Assembly (NCBI RefSeq): GCF_000002075.1
Contig: NW_004797603.1
Span: 630,935-694,934 of the forward strand
Length of the DNA stretch: 64,000 nt
Direction of reading: 5' to 3'
DNA from: Aplysia californica
Taxonomy: Eukaryota
Numbering within the stretch: position 1 is the stretch's first letter; each line of letters starts with the position of its first letter. Shown one piece after another: positions 1 through 13,292 of this stretch. The position numbers and the translations under genes are program-made. The notes below the pieces were generated by a model. It was not told where the DNA came from, searched no databases, and was given only the letters and a program-made list of their open reading frames with translations.

Positions 1-159
1 GTCATCTTTGTGAGCGTTTTTGAACATGTTCTGATGCTGACAGGGACATAAGACCTTCATTTTGTGAAAGTAGACATTTCAAAGTACTCGAATCCGTTAA
101 AAGCCCAATTTCGATCTAAGACTAAAAAATGACGTCATTTGATCATGGCCTTCCCCCGC

Positions 160-570
160 ATCATGCCTTAAACCACATCAGAAGAGCTTGAGCCACAGCA
201 TCTGCATCGGGTAGTCTCATCTTCTTTCGATCCAGAGAAAACTTTCCAATTTCCATTGGAGTAGCCTACTATGCTGCCACTAACTTCTCTTCTATATCCT
301 TGATAATAATAGTGGGAGTCGACCCTTGTGGAATGTCGAACTGACGACAAATCTCTGCCAGTGGAGCTTGCTTTTTGTCAACAGCCTGGATTATTTCGTA
401 TTTTTTGTCAATTAAAAGGCATTTTCTCTTGCGCTTGACATCGTTGGTGACACATTACGCGTGCGCGTATTCATGTAAAACCTCGCCAGTTGAGAAACTT
501 GGTTATCTTGCGAAACAAAGAATGGGAGAGCCCACGAGTGCTTAACTAACATGCCTCTCATTTCTCCCAG
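160..570 (-). mobile_element. Decayed pogo/Tigger transposase N-terminus (HTH_psq + Tc5 HTH); the element continues at ~1790-2135
   Basis: VKRKRKCLLIDKKYEIIQAVDKKQ...EICRQFDIP...SLDRKKMRL...VAQALLMWFK with stops; 471-540 and 1800-2135 match the MITE at 36967-37748. Confidence 0.8.
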
Positions 571-572
571 TA

Positions 573-1333
573 CAGCCAAACCTGTTTAAGACGGCCACCC
601 ATTGTCACGGAGAAAAGTGGCCGTATAAGAAGACAGGTGGCCGTCTTAGGCAGGACTGATCAAGATGAATTTAAGAAGAAAAACCATTCCCATCTGAGGT
701 CCCAATCAAAAGTAGCCGCATTGTTGTTGGTTTGTATTTTGTTTGTAATTTTTATTTTGTTGCTGATTTTGCACAAGGGTGACAAAACAAAATGTATCAA
801 ACGAGGAAGACCGAGTGCCATGTTAAAACAAACACATGGGTCGCCACCACTCGGAGAACGAGCGACTCTTCTGTCAAAAATTCATGTTGACGTCCTTTGT
901 TACAGACAGGGTAAACAGTGACCACTCATCTCACGATTTGTGTATGAGTTCTGGGCGGGGTTTATGGGTAATGAGGGATCACAGCCTTTCCTCACCAGCA
1001 GCTGAAAATTGGTCAACAGTGGGAGGGGCCTACGTAACATCATACATGATCGGTTGGAGGGACTACCTAACAACAACGACAGGTGATTGAATTATGAAGG
1101 CTCCCCCACAATGCCAGGGGCCAATACTTTATGACAAAACGTAATGGAGTGACTAAGGTGGCCGTCTAAGACAGGTGTTATTGCTTAGTGTGATAGGGGT
1201 TGTGTGTTAAAATATGGTGGCCGCGGCCGCGTTGGACAGGTGCCAGTTTTACAGTTAAATTATATAGAAAAAACGCAAGGGGGGAAATGGAAAGTGGCCG
1301 TTTGTACAGGTGGCCGTCAGGGCAGGTTTGACT

Positions 1334-1334
<1 letters not shown>
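573..1334. mobile_element. Tc1/mariner-pogo class MITE
   Basis: TA|CAGCCAAACCTG...CAGGTTTGACTG|TA; internal GTGGCCGT repeats; inserted into the Tigger-like element. Confidence 0.85.
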
Positions 1335-1365
<31 letters not shown>

Positions 1366-1413
1366 CTAGGGTTCTACGGCGCTCGCAACTGCATAAGGTT
1401 ATATGAGCGCGCA
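1335..1413 (-). mobile_element. 5'-truncated SINE 3' tail with (TAC)n
   Basis: GCGCGCTCATATAACCTTATGCAGTTGCGAGCGCCGTAG matches the 3' end of the SINE at 30251; (GTA)n on the + strand at 1334-1365. Confidence 0.75.
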
Positions 1414-2254
1414 AAACACAAGTTGGTCTTGTTCACAACAGTTCGCTGTACGGCTGGCTTGGGTCAGTAGTTAAATCTTAAAATGTTTTAAAATCAGCGT
1501 AAATAATTTTAATATAGATCTATATATATATATATATATATATTTTTTCGATCTAAAACTAAAACAATTTTTCTAGTTAATATAAAAATTCTAAATAGTA
1601 TCAATTTCACTTAACAATTTGCCATAAAGGCCAATGGCCTTTATAAAATTCAAAATTCTGCTGGGAACAACGACGGAAAAAATGTCTTGGAATTTCTTGC
1701 ATTTATAATATTTCCTTCGGATCTCTCCAAAGTCTAGACATTCGGTTAAGATGTGTCTAATGGGCGGTGTGGTATGTTCCCATTGTGCGTAAGGAGACGG
1801 AACGCACCACAGGGTGTGGTGGGGTGGGGGACAACACAGCGGGCAAGGTAGCCGAGAGAACTATTGTTTTGATCGTCAACGCCGAGCTGTCAATATCGCC
1901 ATCGTTTGAGAAAGAAACCTGAATCGATTTTTGATCGAGTAAGACTTAAAGGTCATGTTGAACCAAATCATCATCGGGGGAGATTACAAAAAGAAATAAA
2001 CCGAAAACCAGACTCATAGATTAGGCCTATTTTACTATTTCCCTTGATTTTATTACTGGAACTTTTATTACTGAATCATGCTATAACTGACATTTGGCAC
2101 CAGTCGCCTCCATCTCAATTTTACAGGATTCCAATACGTATAAAATACAAGATGTTCCATTGTAATTAATTTGTAAACATAGAAAGATCTTCCCTCCTTC
2201 CCAAGGGAAACACCTGCAAACCTAAAGCACACTATAGATCCGATCCAACCATGA

Positions 2255-4541
2255 AAGCTTTTTTCTGCGACTGCTTTATTAGCATTTTGTGCTCAATTTA
2301 ACCACCAAAGTGTAAGATAAAAAAAAAAGCAAGCAAAACGCTGTGACAGAAGTTTGCACTTGAATATAGATTTAATTAAGATAAAAAGCATGACAATCAG
2401 TGTAATGTCACAGGTTTCTCCTAAAGCAAGTAGCTCTAGAGCACTAGGGAAGAGATTACGGACACAATGGCTACATGTAAAATGTGATCACAACACTTAA
2501 AAGAAGCCAAGTGCCACATATCCCACTCCTCATAGCAAACTGATCCAGGACATCTAATTAACTCAAAGAGGCCCAACACGAAAAAAGTTCGCTACACATG
2601 TATATATATATATATGTAATATATATTTGTCCACACTGAATGCCAAAGATATGTTTAATCAGTGATTAACTATGAGATTATGCTGAAAGTCTAAATATTT
2701 TCCTGGCCAGATAACCCATTTATTCAACTAAGACGAAGCAGAGAAAAACTGGAAGAATGTTAATGACCTGTTACACAGAAGCCAGAGAGTTTTCAAAGTG
2801 TTACTTGGGGAATAGGTCATGGGTGTGGGAGGGGGAAAATCACAGCAGACTTGATTGAACATATGATCAGAGTCCCGTAACATAAGTGACAAAACCTATT
2901 ACAAGTGCAAACTGTTCATTTGTACGCATAAATCACTAAAAGCCAGAAAAAAAAGTAAAAAAAATGTTCAACTATATAAAGTCATTATAAATTAAGAGTA
3001 ATGTATTTATTTACCATGATACATATCTCAAATTAACAGACTTGATATATAAATGGGGAAAGATAAACGAAAGAAACACTGATAACACCTAATTAATTTA
3101 CTATGGTAAAACGCCCAAGCCGGCTGACATGGAAAGTGACATTAGTGAAAGACGCACGTTGGTCCAATGCAATCTTTGCTATCTTCCCTCCTTTGTGCAC
3201 AAAGCTATGAGCACTCAGCAAGTACTCGAAACACAATCCACAGCATCAGTCACAGTACAAAAGTTAGCAAATATGCATTATACCTGTCCTGCTTATAAGA
3301 TTAGAAGTATTTCATACAAAAAGGAACCCCATTGTCTTCCATTCACTTAAATCTCATTGATCATTCCATTCTTCCGTTCTTGGCACACCTGGACAGTGAA
3401 CAAGGAAAGCATTCAGCCTGCTTGTTCCCTTTGATCTTCTCAACAGATTCCAGAAACCCCAGCGGAAAAAAGGGGTTTTAATCTATGAAATTAGGGCCTA
3501 CACAGTAAACACTTCCACAGGAACATGAAGTTCGAGTTTGTCACTTAAGTTTTCTTTTTTGTTTAAATCCTCAAATATAAGGGCCAATAAGTGCATTGGT
3601 GAAATGAAAAAATTGTTCTAAGTGGTCAAACCACATCTTTACATATATTATACAGCTATCTGTACAGACAATAACATTTTTACACACATGCAGTATCATT
3701 CATATCAGGACACGGGCTGCAAAGAAACAATGAGACATAGTGAGTGGAGGCAAACAAGTACCTACAGAACAAAATTGTAACCTTAGCTTCAAGAGGGGAT
3801 GGAAAAGGAAAAGAAGCATCATTCTCAAAGAGTATGGCAATGACAGGTTTGAAGTACATGAAGATGAATCCGACAATTAGTAACTCAGGTAGGAAGCTGG
3901 CTGCTAACAAAAACAAAAGTAACCAAACAAAACTTCACACACATTCGACAATATCGCCATCACTTTTTTTCTTCTGCACCAAACCTTTTACGACTATAAG
4001 AACACCACACTTGTCAAGACAAAGGTTTAAAATTACACTTCATATTTTAAATTTGAGAAGACCAAACAAAATCTAGAATGTACAAGCTACAACAAGCTTG
4101 AAGATTTAAAACTTGGTTTTTCAGGTGTTTAATTTCGAACTCAAGAGTATCAAATGTGAAAACATTGAAAATATTGCTGAAATTTATAGACTATAGGAGG
4201 AGGGTGGGGAGGAAGAATAGATGGAAAATGGAGGCAATGAATGACAAGTCACAATGACATGTTTCTACTTTCCCAAAGGCCAGATAATTCTCGGGCCAAA
4301 TGCTACTGCCACAATCATCACTGCAACAACCACATACTCTTTCAAAAAGTCATCCACATAGGGAAATGGCCATACAAACTTCATTCGCAGGCCACCCACG
4401 GGAGAAAAAAAAATGTAAAAAAAATTCACCCAGTCACAAACCTGGGGTGGAGCCAAGATCTTCACATATGGTAGCAGTTTTGGTAAGAAAATGACAAACA
4501 ATAATTCATATCAAATTATAGTACGCTAAGTCAACACAGCC
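2255..4541 (-). other. YWHAE: Probable ~2.3-kb 3' UTR of 14-3-3 epsilon, AATAAA at 2280-2275
   Basis: Unique-looking sequence without recognisable TEs directly after the stop codon; AATAAA just before TE sequence resumes (<2165). Confidence 0.55.
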
Positions 4542-4597
4542 TTAGGATGCTTCCTCTCCTGCTTCAAGATCTTGCACTTGGTCTTGCGGTTGTTCAC
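4542..4597 (-). CDS. YWHAE: 14-3-3 epsilon terminal coding exon 5 (GEQPQDQVQDLEAGEEAS*)
   Basis: TTTTGTGTACAG acceptor in the required phase 1; acidic tail with QD(V/L)E as in epsilon isoforms; TAA at 4544-4542; total CDS 780 nt. Confidence 0.9.
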
Positions 4598-5774
4598 CTG
4601 TACACAAAATAACGAAATAAGGTCAGCAAATTGACAACGGAAAGAGAGAGCTTTACATGTAAAGTAAAAACATTTAGTATCCGTCTAAAACCCTGAATTC
4701 TTAATTAAAATTGAGATACTAGAAAAAATTAGATTGGTTCATTGTTTTATTTACTGTGGTTTTAATTGTTAGATTTTTACTGAAGTTTGAAAATGTTATT
4801 TATATATGAAATGAATGCAGTCTGAACAAAAGGGGAAAAGGTTTTTAGGACCAACTCTATGAGTCTTGTGTGTGATCCCTGACTCCGCTTCAAAGTATCA
4901 TTAGTAGACCCAGCCGTAGATCTAGCCTCTGGTAGTTCTAGTGGTGATCCCCTGCCACTTCCATAGACCTGCATGTGAACCTCAACCAGATTGAAAATTT
5001 TGCGCACCCCTCCTTTTAAATTGTGGGTGTCATAAAAGGAAGGACTTCCGAATAACGAGCGACCACCCGAACAAAGACAATATAGAAGAGACCTAACCCT
5101 AACCCAAACCCAAAAAAGAACCCGCAACAGCCCTCATGTAAAAAGGCCAGCACAAGTTGTTTTTTTAAATAATTAAAAAATAAAAAGCACACTCCAAAAC
5201 AAACAAGCCTACATTGCTATAAAAAGAGTTTGATACACTAATACACAGAATAGGAATATGAATCCTCCATATCCTTTTGGAGGGTTGAAAATAGCATTTG
5301 GGAGCCCGTTTGAAAAGATTGCCTACAACCCATAACATTTATTTTTCACCGTTTTGTTTGATTTCTTCACCTACATATGACATCTTTCCATTGCTGGCAA
5401 TGTTTAAAAGCAGGTTTTCCCCTTCCATTGCTAGTACAATTCAATTAATTTGTCATCGCATCATTGACAGAAGACAAACCTGGGAATAATGAATAATGTA
5501 CCTTCACAATACAGTTACCCAGCGTATACCCTAATTTTCCTCAAGTTTCACGTCTGAATGTCGCATGTTACAACCTCGGAACATCACTTCGAATTATTCT
5601 TGATGTTAGTAGTTTTAGCGCAAATTTCTTTCATCACTGCCCTTATCGTGTTCCCGTGCCGTAGAACCTGCGCACAGATAATTTCTCTAGAATCTAGATC
5701 TAGACAATAAAATAGCAAAAAAGTTTCTTTCTGGGGGTCATTTTGTCTAAGATCACAAGTCAATAAACTTGACC

Positions 5775-7280
5775 CAGGGTTCCTGCCATGAACTTCCCAC
5801 CAAATTCAAGGAGATTTGAAGGAAAAAAATTTTTTAATTCAAGGAGATTTGGTCAAGAAATTCATGACGAAAGCCTACACTTGTCCGAAAGGAACCATAT
5901 CATAGTTTCGATTTTCCTACAAAAACTGTTCCCAGGGTGATTGCCAACACCGTTTCTCAATTTTCCGGGGGGGGGGGGGGGCTCATCCATTCTCCAGGGG
6001 CATGTTACATAACAATGACAGTGCATGCTCCATTTATATATTATATAATACACACACACACGTGCTCACGCATGTAGGTACATTATATCTATTCAGCAAC
6101 ATGATGTCAGTGTGGCACTGGGATACTGTGACTTAAGTATTTCAGTCTGTTCTTATACTTATTTATATTTTCCCCTCATCATATTTGCCTATGTTAACTA
6201 TATAAAAATACCGGACCAGCGGACTGATTTTGCCTATGTCTCAACCTCAGGAATTCATGATTTTCCCCAGTTTTTATCTCTCAATGGAGAATCTCAGACC
6301 GGTAGATCTATTCATTAAAATTTTGTCAGGGGGGAGACCCCCCACCCCCTCTTCCACCCGCCCCACATTCTCACGCAATAATGTACATGTATATGAGTGG
6401 TCCGGTATTCTTCAATCTTCCCCACACGGCTTAAAAGGTTTGCACCAACGCACGCTTTGCAGAGAGCTTTAGATAGTAGACTAGTAATCAAAATTCTGAA
6501 AAGTAAAATCTGCTTCCAAGTTTAGTTTTTGTAATCCGGTGTTGCCCTTAACACCCCCCCCCCCCAAGCACGTGCATCTTGAAAAAAAAATATCAATAAT
6601 TCCCCCGTTCCCGAGTCCTATACTTCGCAGAGCTCAGACTGCATGAACTTTGGTGACCTCAACCATCGCCGATACTCACGATGAGACGAAAACGCACAGG
6701 TTCAATGACCGGTCACGATAGCGAGCCCGACAAGAAGCTTATATAACTTTCTTCTTTATTTTTTCACAAGTGACAACACAGGACAAACGATTTATTTTCA
6801 TGGCGACACCGCGTTTGTAATGCAGAACAAACGTGGCGCTATCAGACTACTATAGGCCCCACCGGCAAATTTCTTAGTGGTAACGAAAGCGAAAGTAGAT
6901 CTTGATTTTCCCGATCGAGCTTCAGTATCGCACGTACACTTCCAGTTGTTGACGGCATAATCGCCCGTGTGCGTGTAACGTACTCTCAGTCCGGGAAAGG
7001 CCGAATAAACATTATATCACAATCGCGACTGGCAATTTCAAGGTGCAATTTACTGATTTCTTTAAATTCCCGTTGCATTCCGGGTCTCGGCGATTTTTTT
7101 CAAATTCCTGGGTAATTCCAGGTGCCCCCCCCGGATTCCCGGGGCCTGGCGGTCACCCTGTACACGTGTTCCTGTCCGATCTGGCAAAATTCAAGGAGTT
7201 TTCAAGGAGATTTTTCCTTGAAGGCAAATTCAAGCAGTTTTCAAGGACTCCTTGAATTCAAGGAGGCCGCGGGAACCCTG
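5775..7280. mobile_element. Non-autonomous element, CAGGGTTCC TIRs, 6-bp TSD TTGACC
   Basis: TTGACC|CAGGGTTCC...GGAACCCTG|TTGACC; AATTCAAGGA subterminal repeats. Confidence 0.85.
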
Positions 7281-9130
7281 TTGACCAACGCACAGATTTT
7301 CCAGCCGCAGCAACAATTCGAAGATACACAGACGGAATGAGGGAATGATAGAAAGGAGGAAAGTGGCACAAAAAGTTCGCCAGATTTTGACCAATCTGCA
7401 GATAAAAAATGTACTGCCGACCAACCCCGCAATGAATGCATGGGGCATAGCAGAATAATGGCCAATTGCATGAAATGCGCAATCTGGAAGGTTTCTATAA
7501 CACTAACTTATTGCCGAGAATAACTGTAAATATTCCAAACTTATACAAGACGATACGAAGGCGAGTATCTTTTGCTACGGAATTTCTGTAGTCCTACCAT
7601 GTCGCAGATTTTTTACGGAAGGAGTTGATAATGATGGAGGAACAAGTACGGAACTAGCAGAAAGTACAGATATCCGTTAAAAAATACGAAGAGTGGAAGC
7701 ACTGATCGATGACAAGACGCACACGGCCTGTACCGAGAAGCCGTCTTTGCAATTCACTTCCGCATTTTTACTAGGCAATCATTGCCAGAATATTGGCTTT
7801 CAGTGCTCCCACCAGCTGAAGCTGAAAAGTAAGGAAAATTGAGCCGGGGGTTTGGGGGCCGCAGAGGCCCCCAGCAGGGTCAAGGGACAGTGTCCTGGTG
7901 GGGGTTCAGAGGGCTAAGACCCCGAAGAAATAGAAATTTAGTACTTTTAGAAGATTGAAAAATGGCATTTGGGAGCCTGTTTGAAGAGATTGCCAACAAC
8001 CCATAATACCTATTTTTTTCACCAAGATTTTGTCTTGTTTGATTTCTTCACCAACGCATCTTTCCATTGCTGGCATTCTTTAAAAGCAGGTTCCTCTTCC
8101 ATTCAATTAATTTGTCATTACACCATTGATAGAAGGCAAACCTGGGAATAATGAATATACCTTCACAATACAGTTACCCAGCGTATACCCTAATTTTCCT
8201 CAATTTTCACGTCTGAATGTGGCATGTTACAACCTCAGAACACCACTTCGAATTATTCTTGATTTTTAGTAGTTTTAGTATAAATTTCTTTCATCACGTT
8301 CCCATGCCGTAGATCTAGAATCTTCACATTGATAATTTCTCCAGATCTAGACAAATTTGCAAAAAAAGTTTCTTTCTGACAGTAATTTTCTGTGTAAGAT
8401 CACAAGTCAATATACTAGATTAATGTGCAGATTTTCCAGCCGAGGCAACAATCTGAAGACAGACGAACGGAATAAGGGAATGATAGAAAGGAGGAAAGTG
8501 GCACAAGAAGTTCGCCAGATTTTGATCAATCTGCAGGTAAAAAATGTGCTGCCAAACAACCCGTACAAAGGGCATAGCGGCATAATGGCCGATGGCAGGA
8601 AATGCGCAATCTGGCAGGTTTCAATAACAAACTATTGTCCAGAGAATTATCGTAAATATCCGTAACTTATACTATACAAGACGATATGAAGGTGAGTACG
8701 GATCTTTTGCTACAGAATTTCGGTAGTCCTATGCTGTCGCAGATTTTTACGGAGGGAGTTGATAAAGATAGAGGGACAAGTACAAAACTAGCAGAAAGTA
8801 CTGATTTCCGTAAAAATACGGAACAGTGGAAGCACTGCCTTTGGTTGCCGGCTTCACAAATTGTAAGTTGGGCAGAATTCTGGCTCGGCGATAAGCCGGC
8901 AACTGACTCTCGCACCCAAACTAAGGGAAAAAATTGGTCAGCCGAGAGGAGAAAAAAAGAAAGTCGGGAACATGGGGCGGGGCGCATCAATGAGGCGGGA
9001 GGTGGGCACCGTATCACCAGATACGGTCTGGAGGAAACTAAAAAATGGCGGAAAATTGGAAGCATTGAACATAGACGTAAACACTTCCTAGTCCAAAATG
9101 GTTAAAAAGTTGCGTTCTAGGTCTATAAAT

Positions 9131-9557
9131 CAGGGATGCCAAATGATTTTTTTTTTTTTAACCTGAAAATGAGCGGAGCATCTCACCTAAACCGCACCTT
9201 GTAAAGCCTTTAAATGAGAATATACACACTGTACGCTTCACTGTCCGCACCCTTTTCCAGATTCAGCAAGCCATTTTGCAAAGAATTTGTTTTTGCGAGC
9301 CGGCGTGGACCCATCACCACCTAAAAGTCACAACTCTTGTAGTCCTATCTTCGCTGCAAGTCTAGATCTAGGCCTCTCTTTATGCTGAGTCTCAGCGCGG
9401 CGGGCGATTATATAACACAAACATCCTGTAGGGCTTGTGAGGTGTGTTTTGGGGGGGGGTGGTTAAAAACCTGAACTCTCGTTGAAGAAACGAAATCCGA
9501 CTGAAAAATTCCAACGGATGAAAAAAACCCGGAAAAACCGGACATTTGGCATCCTTG
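9131..9557. mobile_element. MITE, CAGGGATGCCAAATG TIR, 6-bp TSD ATAAAT
   Basis: ATAAAT|CAGGGATGCCAAATG...CATTTGGCATCCTTG|ATAAAT. Confidence 0.85.
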
Positions 9558-9939
9558 ATAAATAGAGAAGACTTTCTCGCACATGACACTACTGTTAATG
9601 ATGTAGCTAGAAAACGGGGAAAACTGCACAAAAGTAGCGCTTGATTTTCGCGATCGAGCCTCGATATTACGCCTGCCATAGCCGCTGGTTCATGTGAAAC
9701 GCACTCTCAAACCAGGGAAAGCCGAACGAATTATATCACAAACACGACCGACAAAGTGAACTGACTGACCGTATCAGATACATTTTTCAAATATTCGAGT
9801 ACATGTATTTTCCTGGGTCTTTGCGATTTTTTTTCAAATTCACAGGTAAATCCCGGGGCCTGACAGTCACCATGTTAGTCGAATCTGCGGACCGCTTTCG
9901 GGCTCATCTCAGGCTACTCAAGGCCCATTGCGGCCAGAC

Positions 9940-10166
9940 TTAACTGTCTCCGGCAAACCGCTCCCAGAGACTCAGGCACATTCCTTTACGACGATTTCGA
10001 CATCAAATTACTTTTTGGCAAGATCTATTTTACCGGAGGTTCATTAGATGAACTATCAAAATAGGTTGCTAGTTCCGATTTAATCAAGTTTTTGCCATTT
10101 TTAGATTTAGCGCCAAAAAAAGGGGCCTTCGCGGAGTGGGTTTACCCCCCTCGGAAATAAAAGTTA
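9940..10166. mobile_element. TTAA-flanked MITE, inverted relative of 49321-49606
   Basis: Internal sequence matches 49321-49606 in reverse complement; TTAA at both ends. Confidence 0.7.
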
Positions 10167-10622
10167 AGGCCAGCGCGGATTTCGGGAAATTCTTGCAATC
10201 GCGGCTTCAGATGTCTACATTGGTGCGGTACTTGAGGATTTTTCCCAATATGAGCCTTCGGTACTATAAGTGTTAAACTTGGCTAAGTGTCAAACATGGG
10301 CAGTTTCTTGCAACACGAAATAAAATTAGAATTTCATATCCATGCATTTGACTATTTGACAAAATAAATCAGTTTATTTTCAGTTACACCAATACACATT
10401 TTGGATGAAATGAATCAATAGGCCACTATCCAAAAAATTCACACAAAACACCTGGCCGTTCAGCTCTTTACATTATCCACACAACCACAAGACTAGAATA
10501 ACCCTATTCCACAGAACCACTTAGTCCATATATAGTCTTAACTTTGGAAATCATCAACTAAATACAATAACAGGCAAGACAAGCTACAAACAAAATAAAA
10601 TTGACACCAAAACATTCCTTAA

Positions 10623-11743
10623 CCCTTTCACCCTCAGAGCTATCCCTGCCCAACAAGGCTGAAATTCTGGCAAAAGGGACCTAACTCCGCTTAGACTGCA
10701 TGACTATATTATTTTTAAAAATCATTAAAAATCAGAGGATGAGTCTAAAATTACAGTTTAGGTGTCAGAGCACAGATAAATGAATAAACTACAAGAAAAT
10801 GTATGGTTTTGTACGAAAAATCATTGTGTATTAGGTAAAAAAAAATTCTGAAGAGAAAAAAAAAAACCCCAAAAGACACAACCCGCTTTTTTTGCCCGCA
10901 GAAGTTCATGATGTTTTACCCAGAACAGCCTTTTGCAAGGCCTAACCTGGCCCAAATTGCATCCTGTCACTGTCTCACTCCCTCTGCCTAGCTTTGTAAA
11001 GTTTCTGGTCTTTACACAGTAGTGGCACGACCCCTTTTAACCATGTATCCTAATCACAACATGCTCTAAAGGATTTGTTGTGACAGAGCCCACAGTCCCA
11101 GTGTTGCTCCTCCCTTTTTTACGTCATAGTGCAGCTTGTAGTACTAGATCTAGCTAAAGTGCTGTGGGTGCTAGGCCTATCTTCTTCATCAGTCTTCTAA
11201 ATCATCACCTCCAGCTACGATCTCAGCATCAACATCACTATCATAGTTGTTCCCCTCCCCCTAGAGCCTAGATCTAGACCTGCGACATCGTGTTCGCTCT
11301 CCTACTATAGTTCTCGCTCTCTCTCTCTTTCATGACTGAGTGTCCGAGTGACTACTTGTACTACTAGCACTAGATCTGGCCCCTTGGTCGACGATATCGG
11401 CATTTAAATCCCAATTATAAGTGTCTCCATCGTATACAGTGCCTGTAGCGACGCAAAATTTCATCCACGAAGTTAGATTTAGGTTTCTAAAAAGCACGAA
11501 ATTTAAAAAATCGCCGCTCTCACGTGCTTCGATCGATTTTCACCAAATAAACACGACAGTAAAGGGCAACCACTCTAGATTCTCGCTATAAGCTCGGCAA
11601 TCTCGTGCGACCTCGCAGGAAGCGAGACAACGTAGAAACGAAAGTAGTGCAAACGGGTGAATCGAGTGGGCGTGTCGGAGCACATCGGCGACTACGGGGG
11701 TTAGCGATGACGGCGCACATCGGCGCCTCCGAGTGGCAAAAGG
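10623..11743. mobile_element. piggyBac-type MITE
   Basis: TTAA|CCCTTTCACCCTCAGAG...CTCCGAGTGGCAAAAGG|TTAA (imperfect TIR). Confidence 0.65.
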
Positions 11744-11910
11744 TTAAACAATGACCTATCACCTTGAATTCACAAACAAAATCTGAAGTCAGAAATGAGC
11801 AAGATCCGACCAAGAGGAAAAATTAGTAGAAAAGACTTTTTTTTTACATGTCAGCCTTCACTGTTGTACACTGACAAACAAACACAATTTTGATCAGAGA
11901 TTGTGATTAC

Positions 11911-12260
11911 CTTCGTTATCTCCTTGCATGTCAGAGGTCCACAGTGTGAGATTGTCACGCAGCAACTGCATTATCAGAGTTGAATCCTTGTAGCTCTCTT
12001 CACTTAATGTGTCCAGCTCTGCAATGGCATCATCAAAAGCAGATTTAGCCAGCCTGCAAGCGCGGTCAGGGGAATTGAGGATCTCGTAGTAAAATACTGA
12101 GTAGTTGAGAGCCAGACCCAGACGGATTGGATGTGTGGGTTGCAAATCTGTCAGAGCAATGTCTGTCGCAGCTTTGTATGCCACTAAACTGTTCTCAGCA
12201 GCTTCTTTCCTGTCGTTGCCTGTAGCGAACTCAGCTAAGTACCTGTGGTAATCTCCCTTC
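11911..12260 (-). CDS. YWHAE: 14-3-3 epsilon coding exon 4
   Basis: CTACAG acceptor; [31 protein letters not shown]...[12 protein letters not shown]...[32 protein letters not shown]; donor AAG|GTAATC; 350 nt. Confidence 0.98.
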
Positions 12261-12860
12261 CTGTAGATGAAAAAAAACAAAAAACAAATAACATGAATAT
12301 AATACAAAACACGATTATGCAGCAACATGACCAAGTGGACCTAAATTATCTATTACTCATCATATAATCAATATGCTAAGATTTTTGTTCAAATTTATTT
12401 AAATGCCTAAGAGACCTAACCACCAAAATAACCCAACACTTCATACAAGGCAATTTAGATCAAGCAAGAAATCTAAAACCTTGGAAAGCGTCGCATCTAA
12501 AAGGCCTATTACGATCGGATACATTTTTTTTTGTATGTTTGAAACTACTGAAACCTAGACAGACTAACTTTTCCACACAAAATATTTGTTTTCCTGCTGT
12601 AACAGTATATAATTTTTCAAAGAAGTTGTTCCGGGACTGGGACTGTACAGCCCCCTTTAGCTGCTGCAGCTTACTCAGGGACTGCAAAGACAGTTTGTCA
12701 TATTAAATCTTGAACGTGCATCATCTTAGCACATTACACCCTAGGCCCAGCATTATTGATTATTTTCTCATGGTTACTAATATTTTATGACAAAACGCTC
12801 TGAACAGGAAAATGATGATTCCGATCGAGATGTCGACGTTTTTAGATTTTAGTTTATAAA

Positions 12861-13292
12861 ATGTGAGGCAGCGTGGTGCAATCAGGCTCTTGTCAAAATA
12901 ATGAAATCAAAGAAAACAGAAGTTCCTGCTTAGCAATTTTTATCAAATTTTTGTTTTTTCTCTCAACACCTTTTATGTCCATTTACAAACACATTCCTTT
13001 GAGGATTTCACCCAAAACGTTGATTAAAGGCATAAAAATATAAATTTACAGATCCCGGGGACTCTCCAGCTTTGGAATTTACCAAGATTTGGCGGCCATT
13101 TTCTCCCTAATTTTACCTCTTAAACCAGGTGACCCCCACCTCCTTCAATCCAAAATATCTCCACTTCTACGAAAGACGGATGGGTAATTTTTTCATTGAA
13201 AGCAAGACAAATGAACAAGCTTTAAGATGATACCAATAACTCAATATGCCCAAAAACTGACGAGAGCCCGATTCCACCACGCTGCCTCACAG
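12861..13292. mobile_element. MITE of the 'ATATGTGA...TCACATAT' family (superfamily unassigned)
   Basis: TIR TGTGAGGCAGCGTGG; relatives at 34080-34517, 35655-36083 and ~53860. Confidence 0.75.

Larger units (their letters stand above)
5270..9875. mobile_element. Cluster of nested non-autonomous hAT-like elements
   Basis: Direct repeats 5280-5770/7960-8410 and 7290-7700/8420-8837; CAGGG/CAGTG termini; modules recur at 49980-51280, 53680-53800 and 58900-59360. Confidence 0.8.

Noticed and set aside
5933-7160. Further 6-bp TSD (TGTTCC) for a CAGGGTGA element
   Set aside because: The right-hand copy is offset by 6 extra bases, so it was not counted
7801-8837. 5-bp TSD (GCTTT/CCTTT) on a CAGTGCT-terminated element
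   Set aside because: Only a 4/5 match in T-rich sequence; insufficient evidence
11894-11910. Alternative 14-3-3e C-terminus GNHNL* by read-through of exon 4
   Set aside because: A good donor and an in-phase acidic terminal exon exist at 4597; no nearby poly(A) signal supports read-through
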